64,000 nt of DNA from an uncultured Methanomassiliicoccales archaeon (GCA_938004075.1 CALKWP010000013.1:11734-75733); one strand, 5' to 3'; numbered from the stretch's first letter, positions 27,805-36,517 are shown. Notes: generated by a model not told the origin, from the sequence alone. Numbers and translations: made by a program.

Positions 27805-29301
27805 TCAGCTGTCTATCCTCCATCTGCCAACCGTGGTCCAGGGGGACGTTGTCTCCTGCTCTTCATGCCCCTCCCCGGAGTGTTCCACAATATTCGAATG
27901 CTTCATGTCGTCAATGGCAGCGGCAATCAGAACCTCCGGCGGCAGGACCTCCGCTGCTGACCAGCTTGCAAAATGCGTCTCAATGAAATGCGTGTCAATG
28001 TCGCCGCTCACGAACGCGGGATGATGGACTATCGCCCTGAGGAACGGGATGTTCGTCGTGATGCCCAGCGCTATGTAATTCGACAGCGCCCACTCCAGCT
28101 TCCTGGAAGCGTCCTTCCTGTCCTCGCCGTAAACTATGAGCTTGGCCAGCATCGGATCGTAGTAAGGAGATATCTTGTAGCCCTGTGCAATTCCCGTATC
28201 ATGCCGGATGTTCATGCCAGTCGGCAATTCCACGGTCTGCAACGTCCCGGTGCTGGGCATGAAGTTTTTTTCCGGGTCCTCAGCGTAAATGCGGCACTCG
28301 ATCGCATGGCCGCGCTGGGTTATCTTGTCCTGGTCCAGAGTCAGCGGCTCGCCCATTGCGATGCGTATCTGCCATTTCACGATGTCAATGCCCGTGGTCA
28401 TCTCTGTGATGGCATGCTCCACCTGGAGCCTGGTGTTCATCTCCAGGAAATAGAAGTTCTTATCGGCATCCAGCATGAATTCCACGGTGCCGGCATTGGT
28501 GTAGCCTATTGTTTTAGCAGCCATTATCGCGGCCTGGCCCATCCTCGCCCTCAGGTCGGCGTCCAGAGCAATGGAGGGCGTCTCCTCCACAACTTTCTGG
28601 TGCCGCCTCTGGATGGAGCATTCCCTCTCGAAAAGATGGATGATCTTGCCATGCTCGTCCGCGAGAATCTGGAATTCGATATGCCTGGGCCTGGGAAGGT
28701 ATTTCTCCAGAAGCAGCTCGTCATTACCGAAGGAGGACTTTGCCTCTCGCCTTGCGGATGCGACCGCCTCATCCAGTTCCCCCATGTTTTTGGCTATCTT
28801 CATCCCCTTGCCGCCGCCACCGGCCGATGCTTTAATCAGCACGGGAAATCCGATGCGCTGGCATGCTTCCTGGAGGGTTTCCTTCTCCTCGCCGGTGTAT
28901 CCCGGAATCACTGGCACACCGGCGTTCCGCATCGTTCGCTTGGCTTCGATCTTGTCGCCCACGCCGTGAATGACCTCGGGCTCGGGGCCGATGAACTTGA
29001 TGCCGGCATCCTTGCACGCCTGAGCGAAGTTCGCCCTCTCGGAAAGGAATCCGTAACCTGGGTGGATGGCGTTGGCGCTGCTCTTTTTGGCAATGCCTAT
29101 TATCTTCTCGATGTTCAGGTAACTTGCAGCCGGGGTCGGGTCGCCCAGCGGGTAGGATTCGTCTGCCATCTCCACGTGCGGCGATTTCGCGTCAACGTCG
29201 GAATAAATGCCAACAGTGGCAATGCCCATCTCCTGACACGCAGTCATAATCCGCACCGCGATCTCGCCTCTATTGGCCACAAGAATTTTGGTTATCTCCA
29301 T
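27805..29301 (-). CDS. Biotin carboxylase subunit (ATP-grasp)
   Basis: MEITKILVANRGEIAVRI... canonical biotin carboxylase N-terminus, ~498 aa from ATG 29301. Longer upstream ORF part rejected. Confidence 0.9.
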   Translation of the reverse strand: MEITKILVANRGEIAVRIMTACQEMGIATVGIYSDVDAKSPHVEMADESYPLGDPTPAASYLNIEKIIGIAKKSSANAIHPGYGFLSERANFAQACKDAGIKFIGPEPEVIHGVGDKIEAKRTMRNAGVPVIPGYTGEEKETLQEACQRIGFPVLIKASAGGGGKGMKIAKNMGELDEAVASARREAKSSFGNDELLLEKYLPRPRHIEFQILADEHGKIIHLFERECSIQRRHQKVVEETPSIALDADLRARMGQAAIMAAKTIGYTNAGTVEFMLDADKNFYFLEMNTRLQVEHAITEMTTGIDIVKWQIRIAMGEPLTLDQDKITQRGHAIECRIYAEDPEKNFMPSTGTLQTVELPTGMNIRHDTGIAQGYKISPYYDPMLAKLIVYGEDRKDASRKLEWALSNYIALGITTNIPFLRAIVHHPAFVSGDIDTHFIETHFASWSAAEVLPPEVLIAAAIDDMKHSNIVEHSGEGHEEQETTSPWTTVGRWRIDS

Positions 29302-29302
29302 G

Positions 29303-30088
29303 CTATTTCCTCCATCCTGGCTCTCGTTTCTCAAGGAACGCCGAGACGCCCTCTTTGCCCTCGGGAGACGCGCGTATTCTCGCAATCGCTTTGATGCAGT
29401 ACTTCTTGAATTCGCCGCGTTCCATGTGCGCCCCGGTCCTGGCAAGGCGTTTGCATTCTCTCACTGCATGCGGACCCCCAGTCATTATTTGCGCAATGAA
29501 GGAATCGACGACCGTTTCCAAATCATCGGGAGAAACAACGTCATCGAAAAGCCCCAATCTTCTTGCCATCTCGGCATCGAAACGCTCGCCGGTGATGAAT
29601 AGCTGGGTCGCCCTTTTTGCGCCCACCCGGTCAATGACATAGGGCGATATCACTCCGGGAAGCAGCCCGAGTTTCACCTCGCTGAAGCCGATCTTCGCCC
29701 CGCTGCTGGCAATGACAAAGTCGCAGGCACACGCAAGTCCGGCTCCGCCGCCGAGCGCCGCGCCGTTGACCTTGGCTATGACGGGTATTTCAACATCCTC
29801 CAGCGCCTGGAACATTCTGGAAAGGCCGGTCGCGTCTTGCACGTTCTCCTCAAATGAGAACTGGCCCATGCGCTTCATCCAGTTGAGGTCCGCGCCAGCG
29901 CAGAATGACTTTCCCGCGCCGGTGATTATCAGGGCCCTGGCCTTCTGATTCTTGCCGACTGCCTTGAAAGCGGCAGTCAGCTCGGCAATCATGTTCTCAT
30001 CGAAAGGGTTGTGAATGTCCGGCCGGTTGAGGGTGATCCTGACGATTTCCTCTCCCTCGACCATGATGGTTTCATACTTCGGGGCCAT
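29303..30088 (-). CDS. Enoyl-CoA hydratase/crotonase family (methylglutaconyl-CoA hydratase-like) heading the carboxylase operon
   Basis: ...ITGAGKSFCAGADL... crotonase oxyanion motif. Stop TAG 2 nt before biotin carboxylase ATG. Confidence 0.8.
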   Translation of the reverse strand: MAPKYETIMVEGEEIVRITLNRPDIHNPFDENMIAELTAAFKAVGKNQKARALIITGAGKSFCAGADLNWMKRMGQFSFEENVQDATGLSRMFQALEDVEIPVIAKVNGAALGGGAGLACACDFVIASSGAKIGFSEVKLGLLPGVISPYVIDRVGAKRATQLFITGERFDAEMARRLGLFDDVVSPDDLETVVDSFIAQIMTGGPHAVRECKRLARTGAHMERGEFKKYCIKAIARIRASPEGKEGVSAFLEKREPGWRK

Positions 30089-30184
30089 GTGCATCCTCCA
30101 GTAATTTTTCGCGATGTGGTGATTCATTAAATACGTTGTGATGGGGAGTTCGGCAATTGCCTACTTTCCGCATACTTTAATTAG

Positions 30185-32140
30185 GTGTTTGCGATTCAAG
30201 CATCCATGCTTAAGGTCAATCTACTGGCTACCGCCATAACACTGACTATCATGCTCCTCTGCCTCGCCCCAGTGACGGCAGGGCAGCAGCCGGGCCTTGG
30301 TCAGGCCCAGATGGCAGAACTTGCCCAGGAATTCGCGCCGAGGCTGTACCTTCACCCGGACGAGATTTTCAAGCCTGTTTCCCCAGAATACGCCATCTCC
30401 CGGTCCGACCTGAAGAATATCAACACCGGGCTGATAACGCCCAACCCCACAGCGAGTCAACTCTCTGCACTCACCGACCCCAGTGCTGGATATTACCTTG
30501 ACAACAGATTGGGCACCATAAGCGATGATGGAATCAAGGAGGAGTTTCTGGACAGTTACGACAATTATGCTCCCACTGTCTATTACAGAGTGACTGAGAT
30601 CGCTTATGGAAGCCAGACAGTGTATGCTATCCAGTATTTCTTCTATTACGCTTTCAACAATGGCCCCATGAACACGCACGAAGGGGATTGGGAGATGGTG
30701 ATGGTTGTATGCGACACATCCCTAGAACCTGTTTTCACAGCCTATTCCCAGCATCTGGGAGGAGAGAGGGCGGACTGGGAACTCGTCTCGCGATACGGCA
30801 CGCACCCCAATGTATATGTCGCCCTGGGGTCGCATGCGAACTATTACAGGCCGTACCAGGGAAAGCTCGGGCCAGCATCAGACAGCTGCTCCGATTCCGG
30901 GTGGCTGCTGGCACCTGAAATATACTCTCTGGTCAACCTTGACATTACGGCACCAAGCATGGGCTGGCTCAACTTTGCAGGCAACTGGGGCGATTACGGG
31001 CGCGAATCATCCGGCATGCTGGGGGAGCGCGGGCCTGTCGGTCCAAGGTACCAGGGAGACAGGTGGAATGACCCGATAACATGGTCCGAAGGAGTGAAAG
31101 AGGTGACGGAAGAATCGCTCTCTATGAATTGGGCCCTGCATTACGTATTCTGGATGATACTTGGAATAATGGCCCTTGCCTTCCTGGTGACCATATTTGT
31201 GATATATCGCAGGAAGAAGAAGCATGGCACGCTTGGCCCGAGACTGCTCCCATTCCTTTACGTCTCGGGCGGAAACGCCCGCAGCATCGCCGCCGTCCTG
31301 GTGATTCTCGCACTGGTTGTCGGGGTGATGGGCTATTTCCTTCCCTGGTACTCTATAACTATGGACATAGAGGCAGGCGAGTACTCGACACCCGGCCCGG
31401 TCGAGGTGCTGAGAACGAACGGCGTTGATGGGATGAGCTTCAACAGGCCGGAACCGGGCGCCGGCCTTGTGCAGGTTGTGAGCGTTCCTGTTCCGGCAGG
31501 GTGGCTGATGCTGTTCGGCCTTTTCATATTCATATTCAGTTCCATCGGATATATCAAGACCAGAAAATACGGATGGAAGCTTCTCAGGCGCGCCATCTCG
31601 GTAATGATGCCCGCAGTAATCCTGATCGCCCAGGTTAGCTTGATAGGTTACTTTGTCGATGGCTATGTTCATGATGCCCCGCCCGAAGTTATGGAGATAA
31701 TCGATACCGTCTCAGCAAACCCGCTGGCCGGCACAACCACCGGAACAATCGGGGAGTATGGCACTGTCACGCTGGAATGGGGCATCGGACCCGGCGTTGT
31801 GATGCTGCTGATGTCGGCATTGCTGCTGTTCATTGCTGCCGTAATGCTGATAATGGACAACAAAACATTCTTCCGGGCCGGCCCACCGACGAACGTTGCA
31901 CAGCCCTACGGCCAGCAACAGGCATACCAGGCTTACCAGCAGCCTGTCCAAGGCCAATATCAGCCCTACACGCCTCCCGTGCCAGGTTATGGGCCTCCAC
32001 CACCCGGAGCATACGGCCAGCCGCAATCGGTGCAGGTATTCTGCCCAGCATGCGGCGCGCCATACTCTGTGATGCATGGCACGCAACCGTTCCAATGCAC
32101 AGGATGCGGAAGTTGGGTGTACCCGCCTCCGATTCAATAA
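30185..32140 (+). CDS. Membrane protein: signal peptide + Vps62/DUF946-like domain + 4 TM + Gln/Pro/Tyr-rich tail + C-terminal zinc ribbon
   Basis: 651 aa. N-terminal hydrophobic leader; FAPRLYLHPDEIFKPVSP and HEGDWEMVMVV motifs reminiscent (from memory) of Vps62/DUF946. Four TM segments between aa ~310 and 540. QPYGQQQAYQAYQQPVQGQYQPYTPPVPGYGPPPPGAYGQPQ; terminal CPACG...CTGCG. Confidence 0.6.
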   Translation: MFAIQASMLKVNLLATAITLTIMLLCLAPVTAGQQPGLGQAQMAELAQEFAPRLYLHPDEIFKPVSPEYAISRSDLKNINTGLITPNPTASQLSALTDPSAGYYLDNRLGTISDDGIKEEFLDSYDNYAPTVYYRVTEIAYGSQTVYAIQYFFYYAFNNGPMNTHEGDWEMVMVVCDTSLEPVFTAYSQHLGGERADWELVSRYGTHPNVYVALGSHANYYRPYQGKLGPASDSCSDSGWLLAPEIYSLVNLDITAPSMGWLNFAGNWGDYGRESSGMLGERGPVGPRYQGDRWNDPITWSEGVKEVTEESLSMNWALHYVFWMILGIMALAFLVTIFVIYRRKKKHGTLGPRLLPFLYVSGGNARSIAAVLVILALVVGVMGYFLPWYSITMDIEAGEYSTPGPVEVLRTNGVDGMSFNRPEPGAGLVQVVSVPVPAGWLMLFGLFIFIFSSIGYIKTRKYGWKLLRRAISVMMPAVILIAQVSLIGYFVDGYVHDAPPEVMEIIDTVSANPLAGTTTGTIGEYGTVTLEWGIGPGVVMLLMSALLLFIAAVMLIMDNKTFFRAGPPTNVAQPYGQQQAYQAYQQPVQGQYQPYTPPVPGYGPPPPGAYGQPQSVQVFCPACGAPYSVMHGTQPFQCTGCGSWVYPPPIQ

Positions 32141-32201
32141 TCGCTTCGTGGATGTGGCCGACAAACAGGCTCTGGGTGTGTTCATTCATGCCGCTAGTTT
32201 G

Positions 32202-32275
32202 TCGATTCGTTCGAATTCTTTAATCCCTTAATGTTTCAATTCAGAATTCGACGAATTTTTTATTTTTGTTGGGTT
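32202..32275 (+). terminator. Imperfect ~15-bp inverted repeat (two EcoRI sites) followed by T-tract AATTTTTTATTTTTGTT
   Basis: GTCGATTCGTTCGAATTCT ... AGAATTCGACGAATT then T-rich run. Sits 60 bp downstream of the stop at 32140. Confidence 0.45.
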
Positions 32276-32296
32276 ATTGATATGACAAATAAAAAC

Positions 32297-32689
32297 AGCG
32301 CCGAGGGGGAGACCGAGACGAGGAGTAACAATAAACAATCACCTCGTCGAGGGTAGAACTAGTTTCAATGACATCATATGCTAAACTAGTTCCCTCCGAG
32401 GAGCGAATACAAACAACAAATAAAATAAGCGCCGAGGAGGAGATTCGAACTCCCGCGGACTTGCGCCCACCGGCTCTCAAGGCCGGCGCCTTATTCCGGG
32501 GTTCTGGACCGAAATCCAGAATCCTAACCGGGCTTAGCTACCTCGGCAATTTGCTGCTAATGATATTCTGAGATACGCCCGGTTGACCGGGCTTCTGCGC
32601 CGAATTTCTCAGGAAACTCGGCTAGCTCACGAAATATGCTTGGATTCTGCAAATTTCAATTTCGTTCGAGCTACCTCGGCATTCTGCTA
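32297..32689. repeat. Three ~131-bp units: central unit is the tRNA; flanking units retain only the tRNA 3'-terminal 16 nt (32297-32312) or 5'-terminal 13 nt (32667-32679)
   Basis: AGCGCCGAGG[G/A]GGAGA at 32297 and 32428; AGCTACCTCGGCA at 32536 and 32667. Both pairs spaced 131 bp. Confidence 0.6.
32430..32547 (-). tRNA. tRNA-Ser(UGA)-like gene, 118 nt, with ~30-nt insertion in the D-arm region (putative non-canonical intron); CCA not encoded
   Basis: Minus strand: acceptor GCCGAGG/CCTCGGC (7 bp) + discriminator G; T-arm GGGAG-TTCGAAT-CTCCT; anticodon arm CCGGC-CTTGAGA-GCCGG (anticodon UGA); 15-nt variable arm (class II). 55 nt lie between acceptor and anticodon stem instead of ~20. Confidence 0.6.
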
Positions 32690-32737
32690 TTGGTTTTTAT
32701 CGTACGGATGGGTATATCAGGTAACTGAATATCATAT

Positions 32738-34372
32738 TTATGACTGTTGAGTTTCCAGCACAATCTCGAACCCGGATACCGGATACCCAAGCTCGAAATT
32801 CTCCAGGACCTGGGGGTGATACTCCCCGAAGCTGCCGATTGGCTTGCCTGACACGAGTATCGCGGCAGACCTTCCCGGGATGAAGGCCGGGTCCTCGCAT
32901 TGGCCGAACGTGGCTTTCATGTTGAGGTCGCGCAGGATGGTCTGGACGAGGGATTTCATCTCGGTGAATGACGCCTTCGAGTGCATGGAAAGCGCGGCAA
33001 GGTGGCGTATCGTCCGTGTACCAGAGACGATGCTGCCGACCTCGAATATGTTCTGGGGGAGCTCCCTGTGCTTGTTGGCTTTAAGGAAGATGAACATGCT
33101 GGGGGTGAGTGTCACGCGGACGCAAGTTAGGTAATCGGCAATCGGATTCTGGATCTTCACCAGGTCATCGGATTCAGGCCTCTGCATCATCTGGAACTGC
33201 TCTTTCTCACAGGACAGGGCAAGGCTCTTCACCTCGAGGTAAGCATGGCCCATCATCAGTTTCCTGGCATTGTTGGACAGAACTTCGAGGGGCCTTTCCA
33301 CGCCGAACGTGATGCTCTTTGGGAGAGTAGTGGCGATATTGTTGAAGCCGGCGCTGATGGCGATGTCCTCCATCAGGTCCACGCTGTGAATTATGTCGCC
33401 CCGGTACCCGGGAATCTGGACCTTGACATTCGAGCCGGAAGCCTCAGCCCCGAACCTCATCCTGCGCAGATGCTCAGCCATGAGTTCGCCGGAATACTCA
33501 GTGCCCAGGAGGGCGTTGGTCTCAAGGACGGAGAGAGTGCGGATTCTGGGAGCGAGGTCGGGCAGCACCATCTCGGAGTCCGGGTAGAGCACTTTGACGC
33601 TTTCTATCCTGCCTCCGCGTTCAGCGAGAAGCGTGGCAATGATGTTCAGCGCCACCTTCAATGTGTTGAGGTCCGTGCCAGTCAAGTCAAGGAAGAGGTC
33701 GGTGGTGGATTCTGTTACCGTGGTGATATTGCCATTGATGATTGGTGGGAATGAGAGGACCTTTCCGTCGGCATCCACTATGACTGGGTACCGGGGCTTG
33801 CCCTCAAGGATGCTGGCGTACTCGACGCCCTTCTCATGCCTGGCGAGGATTTCGGCCATGTCCATTTCCATGGTGTATCCCAGTGGCGCGAATCTCAGGC
33901 TCTTCGGCTCGACTGCCTTGTAGGTGAAAGGGAATTTCAGCTTGGCCATGTCATGTACGCCGATTGCGACCTTCTTGCGCTTGCGACCAAGTGTGAGATG
34001 CAATTTCTCTTGGGCCTCCATCAGAGATGCTATTAGCTCGTCTGTCATGGCCACGTTTCTGACGATGCCGGCAACTATGAAAGGCCTTATCTCCGCAACC
34101 GATGGGTCGACCTTCAGGACGTTATCTGTTGGCTCCACAGGATACCTGGCCAGGCCAGTCTCCTTGCCGATGAAGCCGCGAAGCGCCCTGGCAACGCCTT
34201 CAACGGAGTAAAGGTCCGGGCGGTTGGGGAAGAATTCGACATTCATGACGTCCCCTTCCACGCTGTCGATGTCGGAGCCAAGCATGGGGAGCATTGCCAA
34301 TAATTCCTCTTGCGAAATATCCTGGCGGATGAGGCCGACAAGGTCGCGGTAGCTGAGGGTGATGACTGCCAT
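32738..34372 (-). CDS. pheT: Phenylalanine--tRNA ligase beta subunit (archaeal type)
   Basis: 544 aa; MAVITLSYRDLVGLI... and B3/4 plus B5 domain order typical of archaeal PheT. Confidence 0.85.
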   Translation of the reverse strand: MAVITLSYRDLVGLIRQDISQEELLAMLPMLGSDIDSVEGDVMNVEFFPNRPDLYSVEGVARALRGFIGKETGLARYPVEPTDNVLKVDPSVAEIRPFIVAGIVRNVAMTDELIASLMEAQEKLHLTLGRKRKKVAIGVHDMAKLKFPFTYKAVEPKSLRFAPLGYTMEMDMAEILARHEKGVEYASILEGKPRYPVIVDADGKVLSFPPIINGNITTVTESTTDLFLDLTGTDLNTLKVALNIIATLLAERGGRIESVKVLYPDSEMVLPDLAPRIRTLSVLETNALLGTEYSGELMAEHLRRMRFGAEASGSNVKVQIPGYRGDIIHSVDLMEDIAISAGFNNIATTLPKSITFGVERPLEVLSNNARKLMMGHAYLEVKSLALSCEKEQFQMMQRPESDDLVKIQNPIADYLTCVRVTLTPSMFIFLKANKHRELPQNIFEVGSIVSGTRTIRHLAALSMHSKASFTEMKSLVQTILRDLNMKATFGQCEDPAFIPGRSAAILVSGKPIGSFGEYHPQVLENFELGYPVSGFEIVLETQQS

Positions 34373-34448
34373 TGGTTGGCGATATTTGCCTACCTATAAA
34401 TGTTTTCGCAAGGCAACATTCATTTATCCTGACGCTTTCCGGTTCCCC

Positions 34449-35492
34449 ATGAAGAAGCAGATGCGCGTGGCCATGTACTACTCGAACAGGGACGTGAGAC
34501 TGGAGAAGATGCCGGTGCCGGATATCGGGCCCGGCGAGATGCTCATGAAAATCGAGGCCAGTGGCATCTGCGGCTCGGACGTTATGGAATGGTACCGCCG
34601 CGACAAGGTACCGCTGGTTCTGGGGCACGAGGTCGCCGGAACAGTCGAGAAAGTGGGAAAGGGTGTGCAGAGGTTCAAGAAAGGAGATAGGATTGTGGCG
34701 AGCCATCATGTGCCCTGCAACACCTGCGACTACTGCCATCACGGCCATCACACTGCCTGCAAGTCCCTCCAGGGCGGCACCAACTTCCACCCCGGCGGAT
34801 TTTCGGAATTTGTCCGGCTTCCGGCAATCAATGTAGATCGCGGTGTGTACTCAATTCCGGAGGGCGTGAGCTTCGAAGAGGCGACATTCGCAGAACCACT
34901 TGGGTGCGTGCTCCGCGGACAGAGGAAGATGCAGATGAAGCACGGCGCCAGCGTGTTCGTCATCGGCACCGGGATATCCGGGCTCCTGCACGTGAGCCTC
35001 GCCCGGGCCATGGGCGCCGGGAAGATTGTTGCCGCAGACATCTCAGAATACAGGCTGGACATGAGCATGCGATTCGGCGCGGACTCGGTTGTGATGTCAG
35101 ATAAGAATCTTGCCAAGAACCTCATCAAGGCCAATGATGGAAAGAAAGCGCAGAACGTCATAGTCTGCACGGGGGCTATACCAGCCATAAAAGCCGCCCT
35201 GGATGCTGTGGACAAAGGCGGGACCGTGCTGTTCTTCGCCCCCACCAACCAAGGCGAGACAATTCCGTTCTCGATCAACGACGTTCTCTGGAAGAAGGAA
35301 GTGACCCTGGCGACCACTTATGCAGCTGCGCCGGCAGATCATGTGGCTGCGCTGGAACTCATCCGCGCCGGCACCATCCCGGTGGATGAGATGATAACCC
35401 ACAGGTTCGGGCTCAAAGATGCTCAGAAAGGATTCAATCTGGTTGCTGGCGGCGGGGATTCCGTGAAGGTCATCATAATGCCGCAGGAATGA
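34449..35492 (+). CDS. Zinc-dependent medium-chain alcohol/threonine dehydrogenase family
   Basis: GHEVAGTVEKVG (catalytic Zn), CNTCDYCHHGHHTAC (structural Zn Cys cluster), GTGISGL NAD-binding. Start at ATG 34449. Confidence 0.8.
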   Translation: MKKQMRVAMYYSNRDVRLEKMPVPDIGPGEMLMKIEASGICGSDVMEWYRRDKVPLVLGHEVAGTVEKVGKGVQRFKKGDRIVASHHVPCNTCDYCHHGHHTACKSLQGGTNFHPGGFSEFVRLPAINVDRGVYSIPEGVSFEEATFAEPLGCVLRGQRKMQMKHGASVFVIGTGISGLLHVSLARAMGAGKIVAADISEYRLDMSMRFGADSVVMSDKNLAKNLIKANDGKKAQNVIVCTGAIPAIKAALDAVDKGGTVLFFAPTNQGETIPFSINDVLWKKEVTLATTYAAAPADHVAALELIRAGTIPVDEMITHRFGLKDAQKGFNLVAGGGDSVKVIIMPQE

Positions 35493-36164
35493 TCATTTAT
35501 CTGTTAGCCTGGCATGGGTGATTCTCATCTCCCCGCGCACGCCGTCCCAGGCAATCTCCGATTCCATGATTTCCAACCTTTTCAGGAAATTGGGACCGTC
35601 AAGCACCAGTGTCTCGAACTCGCCGCCCTCACCGGAGATGTTTATGCGATTTTTTGCGGAGATTGATGCAAGCTCTTTCAGGGTTTCCAGGTCCAGAGTC
35701 CTGCCCAGCCATTCCTTCCCCAGGCCGTCCGCGTAAACGCCGACAATCATGACCTTGAATCCGGCAGCGATTATGTCCTCCAGGACATCTTCCTGCTTCC
35801 ACCGCCATATCGGGGAGAATGAGACCATGCCGAGCTCATGGCATATCCTGTCAATGCGGGCGTGCTGGTAATCTGATGCGATGGCGCCGGATACTATGCC
35901 TTGAACTTCCAGGCCAGTGAGCGCCCTCCTGAGGTCCTCCAACTCCTTCTCCTCCTCCCCTTTGGTCGGAACAGCAAGATGAGGTATGCCCATGGCCTCT
36001 GCCAGCATGTCGCAGAGGCTGACATTGGGGATGTGGAACATGTAGGACTCGCCTTTCTTGGGCACCATGGTAATAAGCTTGGTGACCTCCCAGCCCCGGG
36101 ACAGGGCCAGGTGTATCGCGTAAGTGGAATCCTTCCCTCCGGAGAACAGGGCGGCGACGTGCAT
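35493..36164 (-). CDS. Diphthine--ammonia ligase-type PP-loop ATPase (Dph6-like)
   Basis: MHVAALFSGGKDSTYA PP-loop (SGGKDS); ~224 aa alpha/beta ATP-PPase. Confidence 0.65.
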   Translation of the reverse strand: MHVAALFSGGKDSTYAIHLALSRGWEVTKLITMVPKKGESYMFHIPNVSLCDMLAEAMGIPHLAVPTKGEEEKELEDLRRALTGLEVQGIVSGAIASDYQHARIDRICHELGMVSFSPIWRWKQEDVLEDIIAAGFKVMIVGVYADGLGKEWLGRTLDLETLKELASISAKNRINISGEGGEFETLVLDGPNFLKRLEIMESEIAWDGVRGEMRITHARLTDK

Positions 36165-36285
36165 CGGTGCAGGATGGCGCCCATGAGATATAGTTTTGCG
36201 GTCGTGAAAAGGCCACGGCATCGGCCAACCTGGTCATGCCCTAACGAGGCAAAGTCTCGTTAGTGCCGCAACGACAAGTCGTTGC

Positions 36286-36330
36286 TTACCCCGCCTGATG
36301 TTCCAGATGCGTGAGGTTAGGGCGGGGTAA
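36286..36330. promoter_or_regulatory. 10-bp GC-rich stem hairpin TTACCCCGCC-(25 nt)-GGCGGGGTAA upstream of thermosome
   Basis: Read directly from sequence. Confidence 0.4.
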
Positions 36331-36334
36331 CAAT

Positions 36335-36355
36335 GCCAGATTTTGAAAATCTGGC
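36335..36355. promoter_or_regulatory. Perfect palindrome GCCAGATTTT-G-AAAATCTGGC, candidate operator ~165 bp upstream of thermosome start
   Basis: Read directly. Followed by ATGCAC-AGAG-TGCAT palindrome (36364-36378) and TATA-like TTTTTATAGAAGTTATAATATT (36455-36480). Confidence 0.45.
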
Positions 36356-36517
36356 TGTAGTGATGCACAGAGTGCATTTACCTTTTGGCCCTGCCTGTAA
36401 GGAGCAGGTGTGGTGCGCCTCACATATTTCACAAACGCACCCATGATATTAGCAGATAGATTTTTATAGAAGTTATAATATTGCCAAAACACAACCCATG
36501 AAAAGGGGGTAAATATT

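Noticed and set aside
27973-29394. 473-aa plus-strand ORF
   Set aside because: Antisense to biotin carboxylase; no motifs, Arg/Gly-rich shadow ORF.
32211-32251. Pair of GAATTC sites in inverted repeat, considered as a possible restriction-modification or IS terminal repeat
   Set aside because: No transposase or R-M gene nearby; better explained as the stem of a terminator hairpin followed by a T-tract.
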